Shown here piece by piece: positions 16,324 to 25,518 of a stretch of DNA of 44,708 nucleotides. The position numbers were made by a program, and so were the translations under genes. The DNA lies in IMG/VR virus record IMGVR_UViG_3300028392_000106, positions 1 through 44,708 of that record; one strand, given 5' to 3'. The notes below the pieces were generated by a model. It ran no database searches. It saw only the letters and a list, made by a program, of their open reading frames with translations, and was not told the origin of the DNA. This DNA comes from a virus (taxonomy: Duplodnaviria; Caudoviricetes). Within the stretch, counting starts at the first letter, position 1. Each line of letters opens with the position of its first letter.

Positions 16324-17280
16324 CTATAAAGACTTATTTCTCATATCTTTTGCATATAAAATTGCTTCTACATATTTAAAAGATGCCATACCCTTTTTAA
16401 CAAAAGAAAGATCAGATTCAAATGGATTTTTGTTAATAAACTCTCCTTTATAAAACAAACCACCACTAGATGTTGTCACACCAGCATTATGAAATATTTT
16501 ACATGATTCATAATCAGACATTGGTGAAGTACCCCAACTAAAATTTAACTCTTTAGAAATTTGAACTTTATTTCCTCTCTTCAAAGACATCCACAAAACA
16601 GCCCACATATCGGCACACCACTTTTGTATAGGATTATAATTTTTTAACTCTTCTGGTGTTAATGTTTTTCTTTCATCAGTCTCTCTATTAGACATATATT
16701 TATATAAAGCTAAAGCTTTTTCTTTAACCTCTTTCCAATATTCCGAATCTACACCTTTCATTAGATATTGAGCACCACCTGAATTAGGATTATTTGACTC
16801 TACTAATTGAGTATCTATACCAGATATATCACACATTTCTTTGAATAAGACATCTGATTTAGATTTTATATAGTCAGCAGATATATAAGATATAGTATCA
16901 CTTAGATACCATATATCATCATTATTCATAGAATTAAAATCGGGAAGTTCTCTGAATATAATATCAGAATCATGATAAAATATTGTTTCAGTAGATAAGT
17001 CTGGATAACATATAAAATGTTGTTCTATAATATCTGGTCTAAGTATAGGTATGTAACCACCATTATCTAAGATAGTTCTTTTATAAAAGAAGAATCTAAC
17101 ATAAGGATATTTACCAGCTAGTTCTCTACCTTCATTAGATGGAGAAGAATCATATGAGAATAAAATCTCAATGTTGTTTGGATTAATACCAACTTTCATA
17201 AAGTTATGAATCATAACTTCTACTTGCCAATGAAAATAGGCAACATCTGGTTGAGCACATAAAAATACAATCCTTTTCAT
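16324..17280 (-). CDS. GT-A glycosyltransferase resembling hydroxyproline arabinosyl-/serine galactosyl-transferase families
   Basis: YFHWQVEVM, DSDIIF (DxD), GGAQYLM, WCADMWA motifs. Confidence 0.65.
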   Translation of the reverse strand: MKRIVFLCAQPDVAYFHWQVEVMIHNFMKVGINPNNIEILFSYDSSPSNEGRELAGKYPYVRFFFYKRTILDNGGYIPILRPDIIEQHFICYPDLSTETIFYHDSDIIFRELPDFNSMNNDDIWYLSDTISYISADYIKSKSDVLFKEMCDISGIDTQLVESNNPNSGGAQYLMKGVDSEYWKEVKEKALALYKYMSNRETDERKTLTPEELKNYNPIQKWCADMWAVLWMSLKRGNKVQISKELNFSWGTSPMSDYESCKIFHNAGVTTSSGGLFYKGEFINKNPFESDLSFVKKGMASFKYVEAILYAKDMRNKSL

Positions 17281-17281
17281 A

Positions 17282-18514
17282 TTATATTATTCCAAATTCT
17301 TCATAAAGTTTAATATGAAAAACAGCGGAAACCTCTTCTTTATTTTTTCTAGGTACAATTATACTATCATGTACAGTAACAATCTTAATATCAGGATATA
17401 AATTCATAACTTGTCTAATTATCTTATTAAACACTAAACTAGATTCAGCTTTTTGTAAATCATATGCTAATATCTTATAGTCATTATGTTCTTTTTTATA
17501 TAATTTAATAAAGTGATGTATTGTTGGGAATAAACTAATAAAAATCTTATCAGCCTTGCTTGTAGCACCATTTCTACCAAAAAGAACCTTGTATGTCAGT
17601 TCCTTAACCATGCCTCTATCTTTTGTCTTTATGTTATCCATAATATATTGATAGAAATTACCATTTATAGTTAAACTCTTAAACAATTGAAATTCTGATT
17701 CATCTACCCATTTAGTATTACTATCTTGTATTAATTTTGTTAAGAAAAGTGGTTGACTATTCTTAATATCCATCTCACATGTTTCTTCACCATCAATTAA
17801 TAAACAATTCTTTCTAATAAAAGCTTTAAGAATAGTAAAGTTGGTGTGCATTCTACCATAGTTATCAAAGTGATAGAATATATGCCCTTCTTTAACACAT
17901 TCCACTGAATATTTATTTCTGTTATAAATATCCATGTCTTCATTTTTAAGACTATCTAAGTAAAAAATTGACCTATCAAATTCTATTTTAATACCAAATA
18001 AATCATTAACTAATTTTCTTTTAATATCAACATCTATTAAAGAACTTTCTATATCATTTTCTTCTATTTGAGATACTTTAGATTTATACTTCTTCAAAAG
18101 AACTTTATCTTTATTATTATATCTTGTGATTTTACCACGAAGAACAGATTCATTTATTGAATAAACTCTTGAGCTTTTACCTTTCTGATGATTTGAAAGA
18201 AGTAATATGATATTATGTTCAACTAAATAATCAATATAGTAATTATAAAGATGACCATACTTTTCTTTGAGAATAGTAGCTAATAAGTGAAATTTATTTT
18301 CTTTCTTAAAGTAATATTTTAAAATCAGATTATGAACAATATCAATTGCATAAGCTGACTTCATCTTTTGATTCTTATAAATAAAATTTTTATCTTTAGA
18401 TAGATTGTCTAAAACTTGAGGTAGAAATTGTAAACTATTGTTTTTGTTTTCTAATTTAGACTTTATTGTATTCGGATTTATTTCGGAGTATTTAACAACA
18501 CTTGTTACATTCAT
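17282..18514 (-). CDS. Family-A/T7-like polymerase-fold protein with N-terminal HTH-like region
   Basis: GRMHT, DIKNSQP (motif A-like), RxxVKxxxYxxLFG (motif B-like), LQxxES, VHDS (motif C-like). Confidence 0.65.
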   Translation of the reverse strand: MNVTSVVKYSEINPNTIKSKLENKNNSLQFLPQVLDNLSKDKNFIYKNQKMKSAYAIDIVHNLILKYYFKKENKFHLLATILKEKYGHLYNYYIDYLVEHNIILLLSNHQKGKSSRVYSINESVLRGKITRYNNKDKVLLKKYKSKVSQIEENDIESSLIDVDIKRKLVNDLFGIKIEFDRSIFYLDSLKNEDMDIYNRNKYSVECVKEGHIFYHFDNYGRMHTNFTILKAFIRKNCLLIDGEETCEMDIKNSQPLFLTKLIQDSNTKWVDESEFQLFKSLTINGNFYQYIMDNIKTKDRGMVKELTYKVLFGRNGATSKADKIFISLFPTIHHFIKLYKKEHNDYKILAYDLQKAESSLVFNKIIRQVMNLYPDIKIVTVHDSIIVPRKNKEEVSAVFHIKLYEEFGII

Positions 18515-18534
18515 AGTATTTATATCTAAATTTA

Positions 18535-18759
18535 CTATGATGTTTTTTGTAATTTGAAAATTTTATCAATAGATTTTTTTCTTTTACTACATCTTTCTTT
18601 TGATAATTCTTTTTTCAAAATTTGAGATAGCTCATCTTCAAATTCTAACCCATGATATATATTCAAATCTTGAGAGATCTCTCTTGTCCAAGAAGCTCTA
18701 ATAACTCTTGACTCGGTATTAGCTTGAACATATTTCATATTAAGATCAATTGAATTCAT
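18535..18759 (-). CDS. Mini-protein resembling a fragment of T4-type major capsid protein
   Basis: SRVIRASWTREISQDLNIYHGLEFEDELSQIL parallels gp23 SRQLKAAYSIELAQDLRAVHGMDADAELSGIL; likely start 18759, after a TATATATA motif. Confidence 0.65.
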   Translation of the reverse strand: MNSIDLNMKYVQANTESRVIRASWTREISQDLNIYHGLEFEDELSQILKKELSKERCSKRKKSIDKIFKLQKTS

Positions 18760-18770
18760 TATTAGTATAT

Positions 18771-18806
18771 ATAATAAAAGTGGTATTTTCACACCACTTT
18801 TATTAT
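18771..18806. terminator. Hairpin terminator downstream of 18827..19474
   Basis: ATAATAAAAGTGGT / ACCACTTTTATTAT 14-bp inverted repeat. Confidence 0.75.
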
Positions 18807-18826
18807 TTTTAATTTTTAACTAAAGA

Positions 18827-19474
18827 TTAAACGGTAGTTGCTTCAACAGTTTCTACTTTACCTTCTATTGTGACACCATCTTCAAGTGAAGTAATCCAAT
18901 CTTGGATTTCAGTTGAAAGACCTTTAACAGATGTATCATAATAGTTAAAAACTTTACTGATAGAACCAATTCTTTTAAGAATTTGTGCAAATGTATAAGA
19001 ATCTTTTGTTAATCCTTTAACATTATGTTTTGAAATCAAATGATAGATATAAGTGATTTCAGTTGCGTTAACTGGGAAAGCAATTAAGTCTTTATCATTT
19101 GAATACTTAACATCTTTCATAGCCCCTAACATATCAGTCAGTTCTATTGCGAAAAATACTGTATTCACATCATATTCCAATTTAACTAAAATTAAGTCAG
19201 TTAAAAATTTCCATTGTGGTCTATTAAGATGGAAATTATATTTTGTATCTCTTAGACAAAGAGCAAGTTCTTGCCATAATTGTTGAGAACTTTTATAAAT
19301 TTCATCTTTTTCAGTTTCAGATTTCCCCTTACCACCGTTATTTTTCATATAGTCTTCAATTCCTTGAATTTTAGAATCAAGTGGTGATTCATATTCAGGA
19401 GTGATGATTAAATTCTCAATATCATTTTCGATAAATTTAATCTCAGGTTTAATTACATTAGTTTCTATTTTCAT
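18827..19474 (-). CDS. Hypothetical protein
   Basis: 215-aa ORF, A-rich leader, followed by a terminator. Confidence 0.7.
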   Translation of the reverse strand: MKIETNVIKPEIKFIENDIENLIITPEYESPLDSKIQGIEDYMKNNGGKGKSETEKDEIYKSSQQLWQELALCLRDTKYNFHLNRPQWKFLTDLILVKLEYDVNTVFFAIELTDMLGAMKDVKYSNDKDLIAFPVNATEITYIYHLISKHNVKGLTKDSYTFAQILKRIGSISKVFNYYDTSVKGLSTEIQDWITSLEDGVTIEGKVETVEATTV

Positions 19475-19494
19475 ATTATTTATTTTTATTTTTA

Positions 19495-19923
19495 TTATAC
19501 TATAAATACATCAGATGATTCATCTTTCTTTTGTTCACTATATATTTCTTGTGTTAAGTTAGCTTTTGCTACTTTTTCCACACCGTATTTATTAACAAGT
19601 GATGAGAATGTGTTTAAATCTGTTCTAACAAGTTTAATTTTACCTGTCTCAATATTCATATTGATTTTATCAATTTCTTGTTCAAGTAAAATAGTTACCG
19701 ATTCATCATCAAATACATTTAGAATATCTTCATTAATTGATATTAGTAAGTCTTTTCCAATTATAAATTGAAATTTTGGTGGAACTACTGATATTTTAAT
19801 AAGTTCTTTTTGTTTTTCGTCTCCTTCAAATTGAAATTTGATAGAAACTGGGAAAGTTTTTTTATTAAAAACCTCAAAAAATTTAGATATTGTGTCTTCC
19901 GACAATTCATAGAAATTATCCAT
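19495..19923 (-). CDS. Hypothetical protein
   Basis: 142-aa ORF in a co-oriented run. Confidence 0.65.
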   Translation of the reverse strand: MDNFYELSEDTISKFFEVFNKKTFPVSIKFQFEGDEKQKELIKISVVPPKFQFIIGKDLLISINEDILNVFDDESVTILLEQEIDKINMNIETGKIKLVRTDLNTFSSLVNKYGVEKVAKANLTQEIYSEQKKDESSDVFIV

Positions 19924-19976
19924 ATTTATTTTTGTTTTGTTTTGTTTTTATAATTTAAAGTAATAGAAAAGTTTAG

Positions 19977-20408
19977 TTATAGTAGTAAAATAAGTGATAA
20001 AATAATAGATAATATTATACTAGCCGGTATTACTCTATAATATAATCTATCATAATATTTATTACTTTTGAATAAAGAGTATCCAATAACAATTAAATAA
20101 GAATATTTATCAACCTTTCTAATTTCATATATTTCATAAAGTTCTTTTAGTCCATTTGTATCCAAAAATTTAGACACCTCAATTGTAAACTCCCTAGTGA
20201 AATTTTCTGATATCTTATCAATATCTGATTTTTTAAGACTATAGGCCTCTCCAATTAAATCTTCAGGTATATTTAGCACAGTATACATTCTATAAGAATT
20301 ATCAATTCTTATATTAAGAGACCTTTCTAATTCTGCTTTGTTATTTTTAATCTTTTGTTTAAACTCTCTAAAAAGTTTAAATTTTTTTAATAAAGATATT
20401 TTATTCAT
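19977..20408 (-). CDS. Hypothetical protein with C-terminal transmembrane anchor
   Basis: Ends IPASIILSIILSLILLL. Confidence 0.65.
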   Translation of the reverse strand: MNKISLLKKFKLFREFKQKIKNNKAELERSLNIRIDNSYRMYTVLNIPEDLIGEAYSLKKSDIDKISENFTREFTIEVSKFLDTNGLKELYEIYEIRKVDKYSYLIVIGYSLFKSNKYYDRLYYRVIPASIILSIILSLILLL

Positions 20409-20441
20409 ATCAATTATATAAAATAAGTATTATTTTGTTTA

Positions 20442-23400
20442 TTATTTTTTTACTTTAACACCAGAAGATGTTCTTAACTCATTTGTGTAGTCAGCCAATG
20501 TACCTGAGTTTTTAGCAATTGTCCCTAACTTAGCATCCATTGCTGCTAATAGTTGTATCATCTTTTGTTGATTTGGATCAGGAGCCGCCTTTGCGCCCTT
20601 ACCAGCATTAACACTAGCTGGTTTTTTAGCATCTTCTGGCTTAGCATCTATTTCATTTATAGCATCAACAAATACTCCAGCCTTGTCCTCTAACTTACTC
20701 AACATATCATCAAACATATCAGGATCCATTAAAGACATTAAAATAACATTTGAAGTAAATGACTTAATAGCTGATAATTTTTCAGCATCAATAGCATTAA
20801 TTGCATTACCAAAGTTTTGTATAGATTGACTTAACTTAACATAAGCATTCCCTAACTTAACCATTCCATTTACTACTCTATCCATTGGATCCTCTGTTGA
20901 TTCAGCTCCAAATAACATTCCTTGAATAGCACCGACCAATCCTCCTTTTTGACCAGGATAATTACCAGCAACATATTTAGCTAATTCAACATATGATGTT
21001 ATGTTTGAGGCTATTGATTTCATAAAACCAGGATTAATAGTTGAGTTAAATACTGCAGCATTTGCTTTTATCTTAGCAGCTATTAAAACTAACATGTCAG
21101 CAACACCAAGTACATCTTCATTAACTTCCAAATCACTACCCATTATCATACTCATTGACATTAAAGAAACACCAACTCCATCAATCCATTGTTTTGTTGG
21201 ATATGATTTAAAGTCACCAGTTTTAATAATATTATCAACCGATACTATTGATTCAGCCACATCTGTTAAACCACCACCAAAAAAGTCAGATATTGCACCA
21301 CCAACAACAGATCCAAATGAAATACTGTCCATTAGACCGGTCCACTTTATTATTGTTTCGGAAACACCATCTATCCATTGTTTAGATGGATATGTTTTAA
21401 ATTCTCCACTTCTGAAGATATCATCAACTTGTTTTATACTCCAAGCAGATATTAATACTGAGAAAGCCCCTAAAATAATTAAAGGAAGGAAAAAAGCCAA
21501 CCCAACTGATATCATCGCGATTTCAAGTATTGATTTAGTAGCTCCTAACATCCATTTATCTGATGGGTAGGATTTAAAACTACCCTCTGAAAATACTTTA
21601 TCTATTAACATAATAGTCAATGCTACCGCCATTATTGCGATTGAACCTAATATAATAAGAGGTGATAAAAATGCTATTGCCACTGCGACTAAAGACATTG
21701 CTAATATGGTTCCAGTAGCTCCTAACATCCATTTCATTGATGGAAACTTATTCTCATCAAAATTACCTTCAGCGAATATCATTGATGTTGCGACAATAGT
21801 TGCTGCTACAAGTAATATAACTCCTAATCCCATATAAAAGAATGGATTAAATACTTGAAATCCTAATAAAACCGCTGCTACTCCAAATGCCGCTATACTT
21901 CCACCGACTCCAAGTGCCCAAGATAAACTTGGATAAGTACCATCAGCATAACTACCCAAAGCTAGTATAGCAGAAGCGGCTACTATTGTACCAGCTACTA
22001 AAAGTGTTACTCCTAGACCAGCATAAAAGAATGGATTAAGTGCTTGAGTTCCCAATAGAACAGCGGCTATTCCAAATACAGCCAGTGAAAGTCCAACACC
22101 AAGTGCCCATTCCCATTTTGGATAACCACCTTCCTCATATGTTCCATATGATAATATCAAAGAGGACGCCATAATAGTTGCTGCTATTATAACTATTGCT
22201 ATACCACCCTTGATATAATCGCTTATTCCTCCTAATTTATTTAGTATTATTGCAGCTAATCCCATAACCACAGCCGCAATAGCTACTGTTATTGCTAATC
22301 CCAATATACTAAGTAACTTCATAAATGGTATTTCCTGAGTCTGAGCTAATAAATATGAGGAAGCCATTATAGCCAATGACATAGCGGTAAAAAGAATAGG
22401 CATTATTATAGACGCTGCTATTAACTTAGAGTTACTTATTCCACCAATTGCTTTGAATATAAGTGATGCTGCGAATGATAAGACAACAAATACAATAGAT
22501 ATTGCAATAGATGTTAAAGCTTGGGCAAAGGTTATAGGAACAACCATTGCTAATAGCCAAGATGAAGCGGCTATCGCAAATGAAAGACCTATAAATATGA
22601 ATGGTATAGCGACAATTGCTTCAGCGATTGAATCAACTGAGATACCCTCAAATGATTTCATTATATTTTTCAAACCATAAGATATTACCGCAAATACAGC
22701 AGCGATTAAAATAGCAGTTATTGCTTGACCAAGTCCAATTGGCATAACTAATGCTAAAACATATGATGATAAAGCTATTGCAAGTGATAATGATAGAAAT
22801 ATCATAGGTATAAACTCAGCAACGGCGAATATATCAATTATATTAACACCTTTGAATGCGGTCATTATATTTTTCAAACCATAAGATATTACTGCAAATA
22901 CAGCAGCAATTAAAATAGCGGTTATGGCCTTACTAAAACTAAGTGGCATAACCAATGCTAGAACATAAGATGATAAAGCAATTGCAGTTGATAAAGCAAG
23001 AAATATAAAAGGTAGATATTCCATAGTTTTAACTAAAGTAAATATATTAACACCCTTTAAAGCCGTTATTATATTCTTCATACCATATGATAAAACAGTA
23101 AATACACCAGCGATTAGTATCGCGGTTAGTGCTTTACCAAAACTAAGAGGTATAACTAAGGCTAGTATCCAAGATGATACCGCTATAACACCAGCTATAA
23201 TAACTAAAACATATGAAGTATTAAGAGCATCCTTTGTTGATATTTTTAATTTAGCTATTTTCTCAAATGCTATTGATATTAGAGTCATTGCAAGTGCCAA
23301 TCCAACCACTGATAAGAAATCAACATTCCCAACCAATTTAAAAGCCATACCAATTGCCAATACAGCAACTGCTATAAGAAGTATAGTACCAACACCTTTT

Positions 23401-23687
23401 TTAATACTACTTTCTTTACTCTTATCACCTTCTAAAACACCTGTTTTTTTATCAGATTCTTTTTTCTTTGATAAAGCTATAATAGTATTCTGGTTTTTAA
23501 GAATTTTTTGATTATCTGCGAGTAATTTCTTAATTCCGTTACTTATTTCTTTCAACTGACCACCAAAGTTACCACTTTCCATGGCCTTACCAGTAGATGA
23601 CTTTGAGTCCTTCTTATTTAAGGTTTCAGATATCCTCTCTAATGCAACAGATAGGTTGTCGAGAGCTTGTAGTAGTTGCTTATCCAT
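20442..23687 (-). CDS. Tape-measure-like protein with long hydrophobic repeats
   Basis: 1081 aa, Ala/Ile/Leu/Gly-rich helical repeats with charged termini; tail genes are in the window. Confidence 0.65.
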   Translation of the reverse strand: MDKQLLQALDNLSVALERISETLNKKDSKSSTGKAMESGNFGGQLKEISNGIKKLLADNQKILKNQNTIIALSKKKESDKKTGVLEGDKSKESSIKKGVGTILLIAVAVLAIGMAFKLVGNVDFLSVVGLALAMTLISIAFEKIAKLKISTKDALNTSYVLVIIAGVIAVSSWILALVIPLSFGKALTAILIAGVFTVLSYGMKNIITALKGVNIFTLVKTMEYLPFIFLALSTAIALSSYVLALVMPLSFSKAITAILIAAVFAVISYGLKNIMTAFKGVNIIDIFAVAEFIPMIFLSLSLAIALSSYVLALVMPIGLGQAITAILIAAVFAVISYGLKNIMKSFEGISVDSIAEAIVAIPFIFIGLSFAIAASSWLLAMVVPITFAQALTSIAISIVFVVLSFAASLIFKAIGGISNSKLIAASIIMPILFTAMSLAIMASSYLLAQTQEIPFMKLLSILGLAITVAIAAVVMGLAAIILNKLGGISDYIKGGIAIVIIAATIMASSLILSYGTYEEGGYPKWEWALGVGLSLAVFGIAAVLLGTQALNPFFYAGLGVTLLVAGTIVAASAILALGSYADGTYPSLSWALGVGGSIAAFGVAAVLLGFQVFNPFFYMGLGVILLVAATIVATSMIFAEGNFDENKFPSMKWMLGATGTILAMSLVAVAIAFLSPLIILGSIAIMAVALTIMLIDKVFSEGSFKSYPSDKWMLGATKSILEIAMISVGLAFFLPLIILGAFSVLISAWSIKQVDDIFRSGEFKTYPSKQWIDGVSETIIKWTGLMDSISFGSVVGGAISDFFGGGLTDVAESIVSVDNIIKTGDFKSYPTKQWIDGVGVSLMSMSMIMGSDLEVNEDVLGVADMLVLIAAKIKANAAVFNSTINPGFMKSIASNITSYVELAKYVAGNYPGQKGGLVGAIQGMLFGAESTEDPMDRVVNGMVKLGNAYVKLSQSIQNFGNAINAIDAEKLSAIKSFTSNVILMSLMDPDMFDDMLSKLEDKAGVFVDAINEIDAKPEDAKKPASVNAGKGAKAAPDPNQQKMIQLLAAMDAKLGTIAKNSGTLADYTNELRTSSGVKVKK

Positions 23688-23770
23688 TTAAAAATTAATT
23701 TTACATAGTATATATAAAAAAACATATATCCTTAATTAATATATAACTTAAGTAATAAACTTTTTATAAT

Positions 23771-24232
23771 ATGAAAATTAAAAAAATACTTAAATATTAT
23801 TTATTTGGTGAATCTGTTAAAGAAATGGAAATGAATAGAATATTGGATAAAGTTTCCGTTAAATCTAAATTATCTGATAGAGAAAAAAGATTTTTAGATT
23901 TATATCAGAATAATAAAGATGATGAAGAAATGAAAGATTTTTTATATCTATCAAAGAATACTACTTTTAATAAAATCTCCACTCTTTTGGAGAAGGGAAA
24001 GAAAGTAATATGTGATTTACATGATAGAAATGGTAAGATAGGACTACCTATAATTGGACTCACCAATTCTTTTGAGGATGATTCCTGTGTAGTTATTATG
24101 AAAGGTGATAATAAACATAATCTACATGATAAATTTCTTTATAATCTAATTTATAATACCAAAAAAGATGAATATTCATTACAAGAACAGGATGAATATT
24201 TTGAAAAAATAACAAAAAAAAGTGAAGATTAA
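23771..24232 (+). CDS. Hypothetical protein with ILDKxxxxxxLSxxEKxFL motif
   Basis: 153-aa ORF after an AATATATA motif. Confidence 0.65.
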   Translation: MKIKKILKYYLFGESVKEMEMNRILDKVSVKSKLSDREKRFLDLYQNNKDDEEMKDFLYLSKNTTFNKISTLLEKGKKVICDLHDRNGKIGLPIIGLTNSFEDDSCVVIMKGDNKHNLHDKFLYNLIYNTKKDEYSLQEQDEYFEKITKKSED

Positions 24233-24539
24233 GAAATTTAATGATTTTATAAGTGAAGAAGTATCTGGTACCGAACTAGTAGGTCATAGCATGGGTGTGG
24301 CGTATGGTGAAACTGGATTACAAAATAAAACAATCAGCCAAACAGATACATCATTAGTAAATGTTAAAGATGGTGAAAATAGTAGTTCTAAGAACAATCT
24401 AACAAAAGATTTATTCTTTGAAGATGATTATATTAGATTACATAATGATTATCTAAAATCAGGTGGATTAGAAAGTAATCTAACTGGCAATTATGATGAG
24501 GATTTAGTAATAATTATGGATTTTTTAAGTAATAAGTAA
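24222..24539 (+). CDS. Hypothetical protein with KKFNDFISE N-terminal peptide
   Basis: 105 aa, GTG start overlapping the upstream gene. Confidence 0.65.
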   Translation: MKIKKFNDFISEEVSGTELVGHSMGVAYGETGLQNKTISQTDTSLVNVKDGENSSSKNNLTKDLFFEDDYIRLHNDYLKSGGLESNLTGNYDEDLVIIMDFLSNK

Positions 24540-24592
24540 TTATTAATATATAATTTGATAAAAACTAAAATCAAAAACAAAGTATAAAAATT

Positions 24593-25516
24593 ATGAGTAA
24601 ATTAGTAACACTGAATACAGAGAAATTCGTAGAAAGATCAAATATTATACACGATAATGAATATGATTACTCTCTTGTATATTGTAATGGAAATAGAACA
24701 AAAGTTAATATTCTGTGTAGAAAACATGGTCTTTTTAAACAAAAAGCAGCATCTCATTTAAGAGGACAAAGATGTAAAAGATGTGTTTCAAGTGAGATAT
24801 CAAATGGATTAACAAAATTTATCAACAAATCAAATATTATACATAGCAATAAATATGATTATTCAAAATCAACTTATGTAAATAATAAAACAAAGATTGA
24901 AATAGTTTGCAAAAAACATGGATCTTTCTATCAGAGACCAGACTCACATATAAAAGGCAATGGATGTATTATTTGTAAATATAACTCAATGGGTGATAAG
25001 TTCAGAAATGATTTTAACGAGGATATCAATATTATGATAAACAAACACAATAATAAATATGATTATTCAATGGTTGAATTTAAAAACAACAAAGATAAAG
25101 TTAAGATAATTTGTAAAAAACATGGAATATTTAAACAGTCTTTATATAGTCACAAAAGAGGACTTGGTTGTTATATGTGTAGGGAGAGTAAAGGTGAGAT
25201 AGAAATATCCAATATTTTAGATAAAAATAACATAAAGTATATAAAACAAAAAAGATTCAATGATTGTATTGATAAAAAAACACTACCATTTGATTTTTAT
25301 TTAATTGATCACAACACATGTGTAGAGTTTGACGGCAAACAACATTTCGAATCAATTGATCATTGGGGTGGAGTAGATACTTTAAATAAAGTAAAAAGAC
25401 ATGATGTTATAAAAAATGAATTTTGTAAATCAAATAATATAAATTTATATAGAATTTCATTTTCAGATAATGTACTTGACGAGATGATTAAAATTATATT
25501 AAAAATAAAAGAATAA
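24593..25516 (+). CDS. Putative homing endonuclease (three DUF723-like Zn repeats plus PD-(D/E)xK/Vsr-like nuclease)
   Basis: Three HxNxYDYS...ICxKHGxFxQ...HxxGxxC units; LPFDFYL...VEFDGKQH. Confidence 0.8.
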   Translation: MSKLVTLNTEKFVERSNIIHDNEYDYSLVYCNGNRTKVNILCRKHGLFKQKAASHLRGQRCKRCVSSEISNGLTKFINKSNIIHSNKYDYSKSTYVNNKTKIEIVCKKHGSFYQRPDSHIKGNGCIICKYNSMGDKFRNDFNEDINIMINKHNNKYDYSMVEFKNNKDKVKIICKKHGIFKQSLYSHKRGLGCYMCRESKGEIEISNILDKNNIKYIKQKRFNDCIDKKTLPFDFYLIDHNTCVEFDGKQHFESIDHWGGVDTLNKVKRHDVIKNEFCKSNNINLYRISFSDNVLDEMIKIILKIKE

Positions 25517-25518
25517 AT

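Noticed and set aside
16271-16453. 60-aa plus-strand ORF
   Set aside because: Overlaps two better-supported minus-strand genes
19053-22680. Plus-strand ORFs 19053..19286, 21001..21570 and 22453..22680
   Set aside because: Antisense shadows of long minus-strand genes; no motifs
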